DNA from: Negaprion brevirostris
Lineage: Eukaryota
DNA length: 64,000 bases
Direction of reading: 5' to 3'
Assembly: GCA_030324005.1 (NCBI GenBank)
Contig: JARDVH010000031.1
Coordinates: forward strand, 31,335,271-31,399,270
Shown here: in pieces, positions 1 through 12,169 of the stretch
Layout of the letters: each line of letters begins with the position of its first letter
Numbering within the stretch: position 1 is the stretch's first letter
Position numbers and translations under genes: made by a program
The notes under the pieces: model-generated
Databases searched by the model: none
What the model was told of the DNA's origin: nothing
The model's input: the letters and a program-made list of their open reading frames with translations, nothing else

Positions 1-268
1 ATTAACACTGCAATGAAGTTACTGTGAAAATCCCCTAGTCGCCACACTCCAGCGGCTGTTCGGGTACACTGAGGGAGAATTTCGCATGCCCAATCCATCT
101 TACCGACACATCTTTTGGACTGTGGGAGGAAACCGGAGAGCCTGGAGAAAACCCACTCAGACACGGGGAGAATGTGCAGTCTCTGCACAGACAGTGACTC
201 AAGCCGGGAATTGAACCCAGGTCCCTGGCTCGGTGAGGCAGCAGCGCTAACCACTGTGCCACTGTGCC
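1..268 (-). mobile_element. tRNA-derived V-SINE (HE1-like head and core) with an alternative 3' tail; truncated by window edge
   Basis: Minus strand has TGGCACAGTGGTTAGC (A box), GGTTCAATTCC (B box) and the core TGCACATTCTCCCCGTGTCTG shared with 13 other copies. Confidence 0.85.
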
Positions 269-1139
269 TCTGTGTCTGTCATTTAAAGGTGAGGTCCTGT
301 AAATAATGGCCTATTCTTTTCTTCCAGTCAAGTCACCTCTCTTTTGTTGTGGCCTAAACACCCAAGATTCTTATTCCTAAAGCACTTTAAGAGTCTGTAT
401 TAATAATCAAGTGTTAACAATATGTTCGTAATTATAACAGTTACAAACTTTTGTGTTCCAGATCACATTTCCAATGTTCTGAACATATCTATTAACAAAT
501 TACTTATTCTTTAATTGTCTCACAATCAAGGCTTTTCTACTTAACTAACCTGGCTGGTGTTCAATAATGCGACTTAGTTTTTCTTTCAAAATGGCTTCAA
601 ACCAGTTGGGTTTCTAGTTTCTATAAATTGCTATTCATAGATTGTGTATCAGTTGTTTTTTTTTACTTGTTTTATGTAGCCAAGGTTCACTGCATTGCAT
701 TCAGTTCAAATAATGCTATTACATGTTGCTGCATTTTTCACACCAAACCACCTGATAGTCACAGAAACTTTCCACATTGGCATTTTTTTCATCAGATTGT
801 ACTAGTTTCTAGTTATGGAGGGTGGCATTTTTTGTTTAATGGAGTTAGAGCCCGATTGTATAAAAGTCGATCTCATGTAAAAGTCACATGATTTTTAGGC
901 TGAAACACACATTGTTTTTCATGTACCTCATGTGTGACCAAAGAATAATCTCTATAATTGCATCTAAAAGCTCAATTCATCACTCGTTAGAGCAATTACA
1001 CACCCCCTAATTCCTCCAGCTTGTACTTGTCAACGAAGGCGAGAAGAATATATGGAACTGGTTTTGACTTTTTGGGGGAGAAGCCATAAAAATTGGAAGA
1101 CAATGATGAACAGTGCACTTGGGACTAGCTTAGGGGTTA

Positions 1140-1213
1140 AAAAAAAGGGGTGGTATGGACAAGTTGGGCCGAAGGGCTTGTTTCCATGCTGTAAATTTCT
1201 ATGACTCTATGAC
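1140..1213 (+). mobile_element. CR1/HER1-type LINE 3' end
   Basis: GGGCCGAAGGGCTTGTTTCCATGCTGT followed by a (CTATGACT)n octamer tail typical of CR1 3' termini. Confidence 0.75.
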
Positions 1214-1548
1214 TTAGAAACAGGATATGGTGACCAGCTTCCAGAAAAAGCTTTATGTAAATAAATCCCCAGTCTTGAATCCTCCTCAATCACCATCCTT
1301 GGCCTTTCCGCACAGTGAAAGGAAGACTCAAGCCTTGCCAATTGTCCCCTTCAGAATGCTGAGTCAATGCAAGCCCTCTGCATCGAGGTTTAGGTCAAGG
1401 GCTGGCAGCCGTCAGAATGACATTTTTAAACAGCCCAGCCCTTCCCTTCCCTTGGCTCCGAACAGTATTTAAACCGCAGATCCAGCTGATAGTGCTGCTT
1501 TCTTTCCCAGGGTGTGGGAGTTGGCGAATGTTCCTTAGTAAAAACACA

Positions 1549-1890
1549 CAGAATCGCTTCAGTGCACAAAGAGGCCATCTGGCCCATTGAGTCTGCACCA
1601 ACTCTCTGACAGAGTATCTCACCCAGTCCCATTCCCCGTAATCCTACATATTTACCATGGCTCATCCACCTACTTGTCTTGGGACACTTAGGGATAATTT
1701 AGCATGTCCAATCCACCTAACCTGCACATCTTTGGAGTGTGGGAGGAAACCAAAGCACCCAAGCAGTGGAAACCCATACAGACAAGTGGAGAACGCGCAA
1801 ACTCTGCACAGACATTCACGCAAACCGGAATTAAACCTGGGTCCCTGGTGCTGTGAGGCAGCAGTGCTAACCACTGTGCCACCGTACCAC
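1549..1890 (-). mobile_element. HE1-type V-SINE
   Basis: tRNA-like head, V core and CR1-like tail; similar to the other copies in the window. Confidence 0.9.
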
Positions 1891-2474
1891 TTCCCGGTTT
1901 TATGCACTCCCTTGCCGCTGGGAAACGTGCAGCAGTGCTTTGCTGTTGGTGAGGCTACAAGATCCCGCAGTCAGGAACGTCTTGAAAATTCCGGGGGATG
2001 TATGTATTTGTAGCATAAATATAAAATGCAAGGAGCAGTCATCTNNNNNNNNNNNNNNNNNNNNNNNNNNNNNNNNNNNNNNNNNNNNNNNNNNNNNNNN
2101 NNNNNNNNNNNNNNNNNNNNNNNNNNNNNNNNNNNNNNNNNNNNNNNNNNNNNNNNNNNNNNNNNNNNNNNNNNNNNNNNNNNNNNNNNNNNNNNNNNNN
2201 NNNNNNNNNNNNNNNNNNNNNNNNNNNNNGGGGGAGGGTGTCCTTGGCAGGTTCGGAAAATCCCGCCGGCAGGAACAGCTGGAATATTTTGGCTAAGAGA
2301 ACAATGGCATGCACTGTTTATCTCATGTCGGATACTCATAACATACACATAACAGTCATTTTAACTTATTAAGCCTTCTTACTCAGTGTATTTGACTATC
2401 ATTTTATCATTCGGCTGTCATCCCTGTTCACTGTAATATGCAGCAGATTTTAACTCCTGCGTGCCCTCTTACAG

Positions 2475-2552
2475 CAACTTATGTCTCAGATAGCTGGCGG
2501 TGATGAGAAATCTGGTTTGCGTGGCCATTTAGGAATGGTGCCTGGATCTATG
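2475..2552 (+). CDS. col5a2: Collagen exon, 78 bp, N-telopeptide plus first triplet: QLMSQIAGGDEKSGLRGHLGMVPGSM
   Basis: ttacag|CAA...ATG|gtaaga; contains the DEKS telopeptide lysine motif; 78 bp is the size of this exon in COL2A1/COL5A2. Confidence 0.92.
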
Positions 2553-4061
2553 GTAAGACAGTTTTTAAAAGTATTTTATTGCGTGTTCAGTACATGATAG
2601 GACTGCTTAAATTATGGCACAGAATGCAACACACTGTTTGTTCTGTGAAAATAAATAAAACTCGCTATATCAAAAATATATACTAGTTAGCTCGGAAATT
2701 GGAAACAGCACTTGTATATCTTACATTTTGGGCAGAGTGTTATATCCAGCAAAAAAAAGCAGCGTGTTCCTCTCTGGAGAAACATGTCAGTTTTTCTCTC
2801 CAGATCTTACAACACTGTAAAAATATCAAGGAGGCATGTTTCATGCCATCATGTAAAGGAGCAGGGCCAGCTGCACTGAAATCAGGCACCATGTTTAAAG
2901 GGCACCCTGATCAGAATAACAATAAACTTCTCTGTAGCCCACCACAGAGATCTCAGGGGCAAACACTCCCCCACCCCCACACCCCAGTCCCCCGAGATGA
3001 ATAAAGCTGACTTTCACTTCCAACTCCCCAACCCAATCGTTGGCCCCTTTCCAACCACCTCCTCCAACTTCCCAGTTATTGTNNNNNNNNNNNNNNNNNN
3101 NNNNNNNNNNNNNNNNNNNNNNNNNNNNNNNNNNNNNNNNNNNNNNNNNNNNNNNNNNNNNNNNNNNNNNNNNNNNNNNNNNNNNNNNNNNNNNNNNNNN
3201 NNNNNNNNNNNNNNNNNNNNNNNNNNNNNNNNNNNNNNNNNCCATCCGCTCCTGCCCATCACCATAGACAAATGAATTCCACACCACACCCCTCACCCCA
3301 TGTGAGGCTCCCCACTGGGCCTGACCCTTGGCAAAGGTTGGCACTGTCAGTGTGTTGTGCCAATGAGGAGTTCAATAAATTTTGAAAAAATAGTCTGTAG
3401 CATTAGCTTTCCAAGTGTATATATTCAAGAATCACAATGAGCAGAATAAAACAATTTAAAAGTTAATATATTTTCTATTGTGTTCAGTCACGTCCAGTTC
3501 TTGAGTACTATGTAGCCTCCTAATACTCAAAAATGTTACCTGAGATTCACATGTACGCTCGTATTAGAAAATGTGCTGGACACAACCTTGCCAAAGGAGT
3601 TTGGATGTGTGCCTAATGACTGCCAGCAGCATGCAGAGCAGATTATGAAGGCAGTTAATGTGCACTGATGATCTGATACCATTGTTGCCGGTTTTGAATG
3701 CCTCACTCCACCGATACTCTTTCCTAATCTTGCTTAACTTAACATGATATTAAAAGACATAAAGGATCCACACCTCCATTTCCTGGTGAACAAGCCCATA
3801 TAAATGAAATGTAAATACAAGACATATACCCTTCACTGTATTTTTGTGGTTTGCTCTCATTCAACACTGGTGGTTTCAGCAGTCTAGCATGGATGTTTAG
3901 CATTGTCAGTCAGTGACGCTTGTACTGTCAGTGCAGCAGGAATAATTTTTTACAACATTATTTTGAAGGAAATTTTATGACTGTTTTTGTTTAATATGGG
4001 GCCTATAGACGTCCCAAAAAGGAGATCGTGAGACTTGTATGATTAACTGTTTATTTTTGTT

Positions 4062-4270
4062 AGAAAATGCTGGAAATTCTCAGCCCGGCTGACAGTATTT
4101 GTGAAGACAAAACAGAGCCAATGTTTCAAGTCTGGATGACTCTTCATCGGAGCTCTGTCATCCAGACTTGAAATGTTGGCTCTATTCTCTCTCCACAGAT
4201 CTGCTGAGATTTTCCAGCATTTTCCATTTTTCTTTTAGATTCCAGCATCTGCAGTAAGTTGCTTTTATCT
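4062..4270. mobile_element. Short palindromic Penelope-derived element with a decayed hammerhead motif
   Basis: 27-bp inverted arms 4114-4140 and 4157-4183 plus outer arms (AAAATGCTGGAAA / TTTCCAGCATTTT); minus strand reads CCGATGAAGAGTC..GACTTGAAACATT. Confidence 0.65.
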
Positions 4271-4809
4271 CACTGTTTATTTTTATGTTTGTATATTAAT
4301 TAGTTAGTTGGTCTAACTATTTACAGATCTCAAGTTACTGTCTTGCACAGTGCTGCTACCATGTAGACTGATTGCTTACACTGTGTTCTCTCTGACTTGT
4401 TCTCTCAGAGTCTATTACATTGTAACTCTATACATCATACTGTGGGTGCTGTTATTCTCCAGTCCCATGCTAACCCTTGCTCTACCGAGCACCTTTATAT
4501 TACAATGGCATGAAGTCACTACCACCCTCTCCAATTGGAAAATTCAAGCTGCAGTGTCCCAAACCTTCAAGGTTGGTTAGAATGTTCACATAGTACTCTG
4601 GAATTGAAATGGATTTCGAATCACAGGATTTGGAGACCAATTAATTACATTTGAATTACAATAAAAACTGAGGCAAGCCGAACTCCTACATTTGGCCCCT
4701 GCCACAGGATGGAAATGACTCTTATCAAAGTCAGAAATGACATTTTATGTGACTATGATAAAGTTAAACTTTCCCTCCTCAATCCCTTACCTTAATCCCA
4801 TCTCAAAAT

Positions 4810-5400
4810 GAAACCCCCATCTGTGCCTTTGTCACTTCTCCACTCAGCTGTCCCAGCGCATTCCTGGCTATTCTCCCACATTCTACCCTCCATATACTTG
4901 AGGTCATCCAAAACCCTGCTGTCCATGTCTTAACTCGCAGCTGCTTCCGATCACCCCAGCGCTGGCTGGTTTTAAGATTCACATTCTCGGTTTCAATTTC
5001 CTCCAGAAGGGGATTCTATGATTCATGGCTTTGCCCCTTGCTATCCCTATAAATTTCTCCAACCCCAAAGCCCTCTGAGTTACCTGTGCTTCCCTCATTC
5101 TGGCCTCCTGTACATTCCCAATTATAATTGACCCTTAGTAGCCATGCATTTAGTTGGTGAGGCTTCAACCTCTGCAATTCCCTCTGTACAACTCTTTCCC
5201 TGTCTACCTCACTTTCCTCCTTTAAGGCACTCCTTTAAAATCTACCTTTTTGACCAAGTTTTTGGTCCCTGATGTCTCCTTATGTGGCACAGTGTAAAAT
5301 GTGTCCTGGTGAAAACTTTGTTTAACAGTGCTCCTGTGTAGCTCCTTGGGACATGCAATGGTAAAGATGCCATATAAAGAGAAGTTGTTGTTGTAGTCAT
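4810..5400 (+). mobile_element. L2-clade LINE 3' fragment (degraded)
   Basis: L2-like C-terminal and 3'UTR motifs (GTCATCCAAAAC..TGCTG, AATTCCCTC, CTACCTTTTTGACCAAG) and a (TTG)n tail; related copy at 33990-34240. Confidence 0.65.
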
Positions 5401-5590
5401 TTCTCCAGTTAGTCATTACTAAGTGTCATAATTAAATACGGTTACACATGAATTTTTGAACTTAAGTATCAGAAAATCCCAATATCACTCAAATTTCTGA
5501 ATCTAAATGTGATGCAGGAAACAACTCGTGACTATACTTTCAGGGATATTCTCTCCAAACCATCAATGGAACATATGTCTCCGACACAAT

Positions 5591-5719
5591 GGCCAGAATT
5601 TTACCGTCCCATTCGCCATGGGAATTGGAGCGGGTGAGGGGCGGAACTAATAGAAAGGGCTGCTGACCTCGGGCAGGATTTTACGTTTTCAGGACAAATG
5701 AAGCCGTAAAGTCCTGTCC
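5591..5719. mobile_element. Harbinger/PIF-type MITE
   Basis: Imperfect TIRs GGCCAGAATTTTAC / GTAAAGTCCTGTCC and 3-bp TSD AAT; related copies throughout the window. Confidence 0.75.
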
Positions 5720-6439
5720 AATACTCTTTAATCTGCCCTAAATAAACACACCTCCTGAGTTTGTCCTGGAAATGGTCGCTATGACGTAAAGCTACTGGAT
5801 TTCCCTGAAAATTGGATTGACTGGATGAATCCATTATCGAGCAGGTGGTTCGCCCAGGCTAGGGTAGGGCCAATGATCAGGGTAGCCAATAATGCTCAAC
5901 TGAGGCAATTTTTCAAAGCCATCTTGGCTTTTGGGCTCAGATCAAGTGTCAGATCGAGCCCAGAGTCGGGTGCAATGCCTCATCTTGTCAGCTTGGATCA
6001 AGTTTGTTCCTCTCTCATGGGAAACAGCAACTGGATTCAATTTGTTTTTTTTGGATGGAATAACAATTTACAAACAAAAGAATCCATTATCGTCATAAGA
6101 CAGACTAATATAAACCTCCTGCATTAACATCTTATCTGTTCATTTTGATGCACCAACTAATTTAGTGTCTTGTGATCAAAATTATACCAGTGCAGCCCAG
6201 AATGGAAGAGACCGACTAAAACGGCTTATCCTCTGAAGGAGCCATTATCATTTATCTCCTGCGCTCCTGTTAAACTCCTACTGGTAGCAGAGTCCATTGC
6301 TCTCTTGGAAGACTGACAGAGAAATAACCCAAATGAAAAATGCTGCAAAAACACTACCTTGTGTGATAAACCTCCACACAGAATCAATACTCATTTTATT
6401 TGTTTCATCACTATTTATGACTTCTGCTTTCTTCTTTAG

Positions 6440-6484
6440 GGTGAAGTAGGCCCAAGAGGAGCTCCAGGATCCCCGGGACCAGCA
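6440..6484 (+). CDS. col5a2: Collagen exon, 45 bp: GEVGPRGAPGSPGPA
   Basis: ctttag|GGT...GCA|gtaagc; 5 Gly-X-Y triplets. Confidence 0.96.
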
Positions 6485-8100
6485 GTAAGCATTTTTTTTA
6501 TTAATCATTTCAGTGTATTCCAATCAGGGATTGGATGGGGCAGCAATTTATGTTTGAACTGTCATGGATTCACTAACGTGAACTAAAGTTGAATGAGATT
6601 TGCTTGAAGTTATTGGNNNNNNNNNNNNNNNNNNNNNNNNNNNNNNNNNNCCCGCGCGGTGTGTTTTCCGGTGGCGACGATGGATCACCACTAATCGCCA
6701 GCAGAGCTTCTGGTTCAATTGCGATTGGAGAATGAGGGTAAGGGTTTGGAGTATTTGGGTTGTTAGGTGTGTGGGTGGAGCTGTGGGTGGAGTGGGGAGG
6801 GTGTGTTTGTGGCGGCAATGTGAGGAATGTGCTGCTGCTAGACATGATCCCGGGAAAAAGGGATAACAAGGGGTAGAATTTTCCGGCCCTTCTCTCTGGC
6901 AGGACCTTCTGGTCCCACAAGTGTTGACCCGCGACCCTTCCACGTGGGCTCCCCGGAGAACCGCACACAACGCAAAATGCCGTTGACGTCGGCGGGACTG
7001 GAAGATCATGCCACCAGCCAATGGCGAGCTGACTTCGCTTCTGGAAAACACGCTGCGGGTTTTGGGGGGAGGGGTGAAAAACCCTACCTGGGGCATCAAG
7101 GCTAGGAAATTTCTGGAACTACTTCTTCTCTGTTGGTGTTAGGCCATCAGCAAAAAACCAGATTTACATACACAGCGAAGTAATGGCAGCAGAAGTGGAA
7201 GCAGCTCTGAGGAAGCTCTTAGTCAAAATGATATTATCTTCCTGTGGGTTAAATGGACCAATCCAATATGAGTTCTCTTTTGTGACTGGTCTTCACAATA
7301 TTTCACTGAATTATTGTTAAGTTAATTGCTTTATTGTTTAATTGTCTAGAACTTGTAACTGTAGACATTTGGGTCTCAATTTCACTCTATCATGTTGTCC
7401 TGATGTGCGGAAACCTTTTGCAAATGGTGAACTTGACCCTCAGTCATTTTAAACATGCGGCTAAGTGCTGGGCAGCAAGACCACTGGGGAATCGATCCTC
7501 GCACCAAAACAGGAAAAGTGCCTTCAGCAGCTTACATGCCTGGTAAATTTTGCTGTCAGATAAAGCAGCCAATTGGCCTCCACTCCCGCAATCACCCGTG
7601 CTGGGAAATTCAATTTAAAACACATTTGCAAGTTGCTGGCCAACACTTCACAGCTCCTTCAACCTGAAGGAACAGCCCCACAGCCTGCTCGGGAAAGACA
7701 TTCAATATAACCATGCAAAAGAATGTCATAAACTGATTTTAACAGGCCCGGTATTTACCCGTTTCCACGGGAGAATTTGATTCACCTTGATTCTTCAGTC
7801 TAAAAATAGCTGCAAGTTTTGAAAATTTTTCTTAAAGTAAAACAGGAAGCACCAAGAATTACATAAACATTGAAACACCAAATCTATGCTGTTTCCCTGA
7901 GGACTCAGGTGACCTGCTGCCAGTTATGTTGGGAGCTAAGGGTAGACAATGTTAAGGAAAGACATATTAAAGATTTTCAGAGCAATATACAGTTTTGACA
8001 TGATGATAATTGGCCCATTAAGGGTCTCAATTGGCCTAAAGGAGGGTGGGTCACCTGCCACCTATCCAGTGGGAGCAGAAGGATAATGGACACATCGCCT

Positions 8101-8425
8101 TATAGAATCCCTACAGTTCAGAAGGGATCTTCTGGCCATCGAGTGTGCACCAACTCTCCAACACAGCATCCCATCCAGGCTCTATCCTCATAACGCCATG
8201 TATTTGCCATAACCTACACATCTTAGGACACTAAGGGACAGCTTAGCATGACCAATCCACCTAACCTGCACATCTTTGAACTGTGGGGAGGAATCAGAAC
8301 ATTTGGAGGAAACCCATGCAGACAAATGTATAAATCCCACACGGTCACCCCAAGACCTGAACTGAACCTGGATCCTTGGTGCTGTGAGGCAGCAGTGCTA
8401 ACCACTGTGCCCCACTCTGCTGCCC
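8101..8425 (-). mobile_element. HE1-type V-SINE
   Basis: Same head, core and tail as the other copies. Confidence 0.9.
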
Positions 8426-8569
8426 TAGCATCCTACCCAATTTTACATTTCCCCGATACCCCAGTCTGCACCTGGGATGGGCGTAAAGCTGGCCTGCGAC
8501 ACATTTAGTTGGAACCAGAAAAATATTTGAAAAGAAAGAAGGATGCAACAAAATAAGATTCGAGTCAAA

Positions 8570-8697
8570 GATTGGAATTTTCTCATCCCCCACGCCACAG
8601 GAATTGTAGCGGGTGGGACACGGACCATGCAAAGGCCTGCTGACCTTGAGCAGGATTATTAGGTCTTGGGGCAAAAGCGGCCGGAAAATGCCAGCCA
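8570..8697. mobile_element. Harbinger-type MITE
   Basis: Internal similarity to 5591-5719 and 21041-21167; ends GAAAATGCCAGCC. Confidence 0.7.
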
Positions 8698-8780
8698 AAA
8701 GCTTTGGCTGAAGGGCTATTACTGACATGAACACAAAAGCCTCCTTGTGTGTGGCAAATTCCATATGATATCTGTTTGAC

Positions 8781-9103
8781 TATAGAATCATTGAATCCCT
8801 ACAGTGCAGAAGGAGTCAAATGGCCCATCGAGCCTGCACTGACAACAATCCCACCCACGCCTACCCTTGTAATCGCACATATTTACCTGCTAATTCCTCT
8901 AACCTATGCATCCCTGGACACTAAGGGGCAATTTAACATGACCAATGCACCTAACCCGCGCACCTTTGGACTGTGGGAGGAAACCGGAACATCCAGTGGC
9001 AAAACACGCAGAGACGGGGAGAACGTGCAAACTCCACACAGATAGTCATCCAAGGCTGGAATTGAACCCAGGTTCCTGGAGCTGTGAGGCAGCAGTGCCA
9101 CCA
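8781..9103 (-). mobile_element. HE1-type V-SINE
   Basis: Same head, core and tail; ends about 110 bp before exon 9213. Confidence 0.9.
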
Positions 9104-9212
9104 TATTGAATCTTTTCCCTTATCTTACGCTGAATGTAACCGCGTGCGGTATTTTGTATATATACATTAGCCTTGTCTTTAAACATGCTTTCGTTTTGCT
9201 CCTTTCCAATAG

Positions 9213-9266
9213 GGCCCTAAAGGCTTGCCTGGCCCACCTGGGGAACCTGGTGACTTGGGACCAATG
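9213..9266 (+). CDS. col5a2: Collagen exon, 54 bp: GPKGLPGPPGEPGDLGPM
   Basis: caatag|GGC...ATG|gtaagc; 6 triplets. Confidence 0.97.
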
Positions 9267-9442
9267 GTAAGCCTTCAAACATTGTCATTAAATTGTGTGT
9301 CATGCGGTGAGAGAACTTTGAAACCACTAACATGACACGTAACCAACATTGTCGCATTATGAGTACTTCAGATGCTTTTGTAAGTGAACGCAGCTGTCTT
9401 CCAGCACTGTGGGTAATACTTTTCTTTTCTGTTAAATGGCAG

Positions 9443-9496
9443 GGTGCAATTGGTAACCGTGGTCCTGAGGGACCACTTGGAAAACCTGGTGAAGAC
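9443..9496 (+). CDS. col5a2: Collagen exon, 54 bp: GAIGNRGPEGPLGKPGED
   Basis: tggcag|GGT...GAC|gtgagt; 6 triplets; also seen in ORF 9332..9562. Confidence 0.97.
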
Positions 9497-9855
9497 GTGA
9501 GTAGATTCAAAAAAAATACATTTATTCAATGCCTTACTGGTTTGCTCTCAAAGAAGAAATAAATTCCACAATGTGCCAGTATCATTATTCCAGCTGGTGC
9601 ACCGTTACCCGGACGCAATAAGTAATCTGTGCCACCTCATGCTGAATGGTTGATGTTGTGAACAAAGCTCCACAAGCTGGGGTAAACTAAACTATATTGA
9701 AAAGAAAAAATAAACACCAAAGAAGCTTTGAAAAAAGCACATTTGGTGCAGCTAAACAAATAAAGGTTTGTGGTGCTCTAAGTCACACTCCTGAATGGAT
9801 TTGTGATATATACTGAGCTATGTTTTATTTTTGAATCAGCTAGGATGGAGTCAAT

Positions 9856-9973
9856 GGCCGGAATTTTACCACCTCGCCCGGCCCAGAATCAGGGAGCTTG
9901 CAGAACGCATTGTCTGTTGGCCTCGGATGGCATCTTATGAGCCTCAGGTGGACAAGGTGGTAAAATTCCGGTG
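9856..9973. mobile_element. Harbinger-type MITE
   Basis: TIRs CCGGAATTTTACCACCT / AGGTGGTAAAATTCCGG. Confidence 0.75.
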
Positions 9974-11057
9974 AACTTGTTTTCAGACTTACAGAACTGA
10001 AAACACAACGGTGTGAATTTCCTCAGAGATTGTCCACAAACATTGTTGGAAGATCCACAGAAACCTAAAAAAAAATGGGATAAATACAGCCCAGAGTTGG
10101 AATTTTGCATTCCCATTTGCCTTGGGTATATTTGGTGACAGGAGCACAAAATCTCACAAGAGGCCCAAAACAGTTACACATTTAGCGGGAAATCTCGTCA
10201 TGATCCCCCTACCAGTGACGTAACAGAATTCCAGACATTCAGTGCTAGGAACCAGATTAGAATAAATTTAAATCTAATTATCAGGCCTCTATCCTGATAA
10301 ATACTCTCCCCCCCCATTACATTATCTATTCACGCTGGCAAGAGGGCACGATGTGAATTATGCTCACCCACAGTGTGCACCTATTGGGCAGAACCCACCA
10401 GAGGGCTCAGCGGGTGAGTGCATCACTCAGGAGTGAGAAGATCACGCCTCGGAAGTACCTGGGCACTGCCCCTGATGGTACTGGGGGGTGCATTGAGGAT
10501 GTGTGTTGGGTAGTGGCCCAGAGGGGGGAAGGTGTGTGGGTGCAGTGTGCATGGGGGAATGGAGGGGTATTGACTGGGGAGGAGGGTATTCTGCTTTAAA
10601 TTTTTTGTATCAAGCCGGCTTTTGAAAAGGGCACTCTGATCTTGAAGTTGCAGGCGGGATGTGTTTAATCAGAGCCTGCATCGCCAGCATGATGTTATGG
10701 GACCTACCCTTGGATTTTATTTTAGATTTCCTCATGATACGGCAGACAAAGTCACCATTGTGGCCAATGGCTTCAACACTGCAATAAAAACAAAAAATTC
10801 TGCCCCAAATCTGTGTTATTTCTCCAGGTTTCTTGGTCTCTTCCACTCAATTGCCAATGGATGATTGTGAGGTTCCATCCTACATAAAAATTCACCTTCA
10901 ATACATATTTGAAGAGTCCAGAGAATATTAGAGTGGGCTGGTGGATAGCTCTGAAGGAACGTTTTAATTATAAAGCAAATATAATTAGTGAAGATATCCA
11001 CTCTCATTAAATACCTTGAAGTGACAATTATATTATAAATTTCTTTTATTTCCAAAG

Positions 11058-11111
11058 GGTGATCCTGGAAAGCCAGGGCGTGCTGGTGAGCAGGGATTCT
11101 CTGGACAGCAG
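11058..11111 (+). CDS. col5a2: Collagen exon, 54 bp: GDPGKPGRAGEQGFSGQQ
   Basis: ccaaag|GGT...CAG|gtaaag; 6 triplets. Confidence 0.96.
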
Positions 11112-11164
11112 GTAAAGGGACCTATCACTAAACTCGATTTTAAAATGTGGCATTGATCATTGGA

Positions 11165-11247
11165 GCCTGGTTTCAGAAGGCGTTTGACAAGGTACCTCAC
11201 AAGAGGTTATTGCAGAAGGTAAGGGGACATGGAGTTGGGGGTAGGGT
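11165..11247 (+). mobile_element. CR1 LINE ORF2 reverse-transcriptase fragment running into a gap
   Basis: Translates FQKAFDKVPHKRLLQKVRGHGVGG, the CR1 RT 'DFxKAFDKVPH' motif. Confidence 0.85.
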
Positions 11248-12169
11248 NNNNNNNNNNNNNNNNNNNNNNNNNNNNNNNNNNNNNNNNNNNNNNNNNNNNN
11301 NNNNNNNNNNNNNNNNNNNNNNNNNNNNNNNNNNNNNNNNNNNNNNNNNNNNNNNNNNNNNNNNNNNNNNNNNNNNNNNNNNNNNNNNNNNNNNNNNNNN
11401 NNNNNNNNNNNNNNNNNNNNNNNNNNNNNNNNNNNNNNNNNNNNNNNNNNNNNNNNNNNNNNNNNNNNNNNNNNNNNNNNNNNNNNNNNNNNNNNNNNNN
11501 NNNNNNNNNNNNNNNNNNNNNNNNNNNNNNNNNNNNNNNNNNNNATGTTCACGTTGAGGGAGGACATTAGCTTTGGAGTGTGTGACAGAGCCAGAACAAC
11601 AGATCCATATAAGAGGCATGTTTTGGGTAGTCATTGATTTTGATTGATTCTCGGTTAGGGAGCTCATCTCTGCATTTTTAAGTGCCAGCAACTAAGGTTC
11701 AGACTTGTTGTTGCGAAGGAACTCTTGAAAAGAGGTAGACGAGATAAACCCTTCAGCAGGCCTGCTCCGAGTCTGCTCCCATCTTGTTACCCATCTTGGG
11801 ATTTCTGATTGAAATGACAGGTCCAACTCCAGCCCAAAATGGGGCCTTCCAGCGGGAAATTCCCAGTGACGGATGTAGGTTTATGATGCGGAGCCATTCC
11901 AGCCTCCCAATTTCCATCTTTGATGCCAAAAACCAATCCCTTGATATTAGATTTAACTGCAAAGAAATGTTTCATGACTTTCAATTTAATAGATCTTGAT
12001 CTCCATTCTTTATAAAAATAAAAACTCCTGCATTGGAGAAACAACTAAAAGATAGGTCATGAAGCAGTACGTTGGATTGGTGGCAAGAGTCGATATTTCC
12101 ATTTTTAAAATGTTGATATCAATAATACCCATAATCATCACAATCTATTTCATGAGGTTACAAGGAAAC

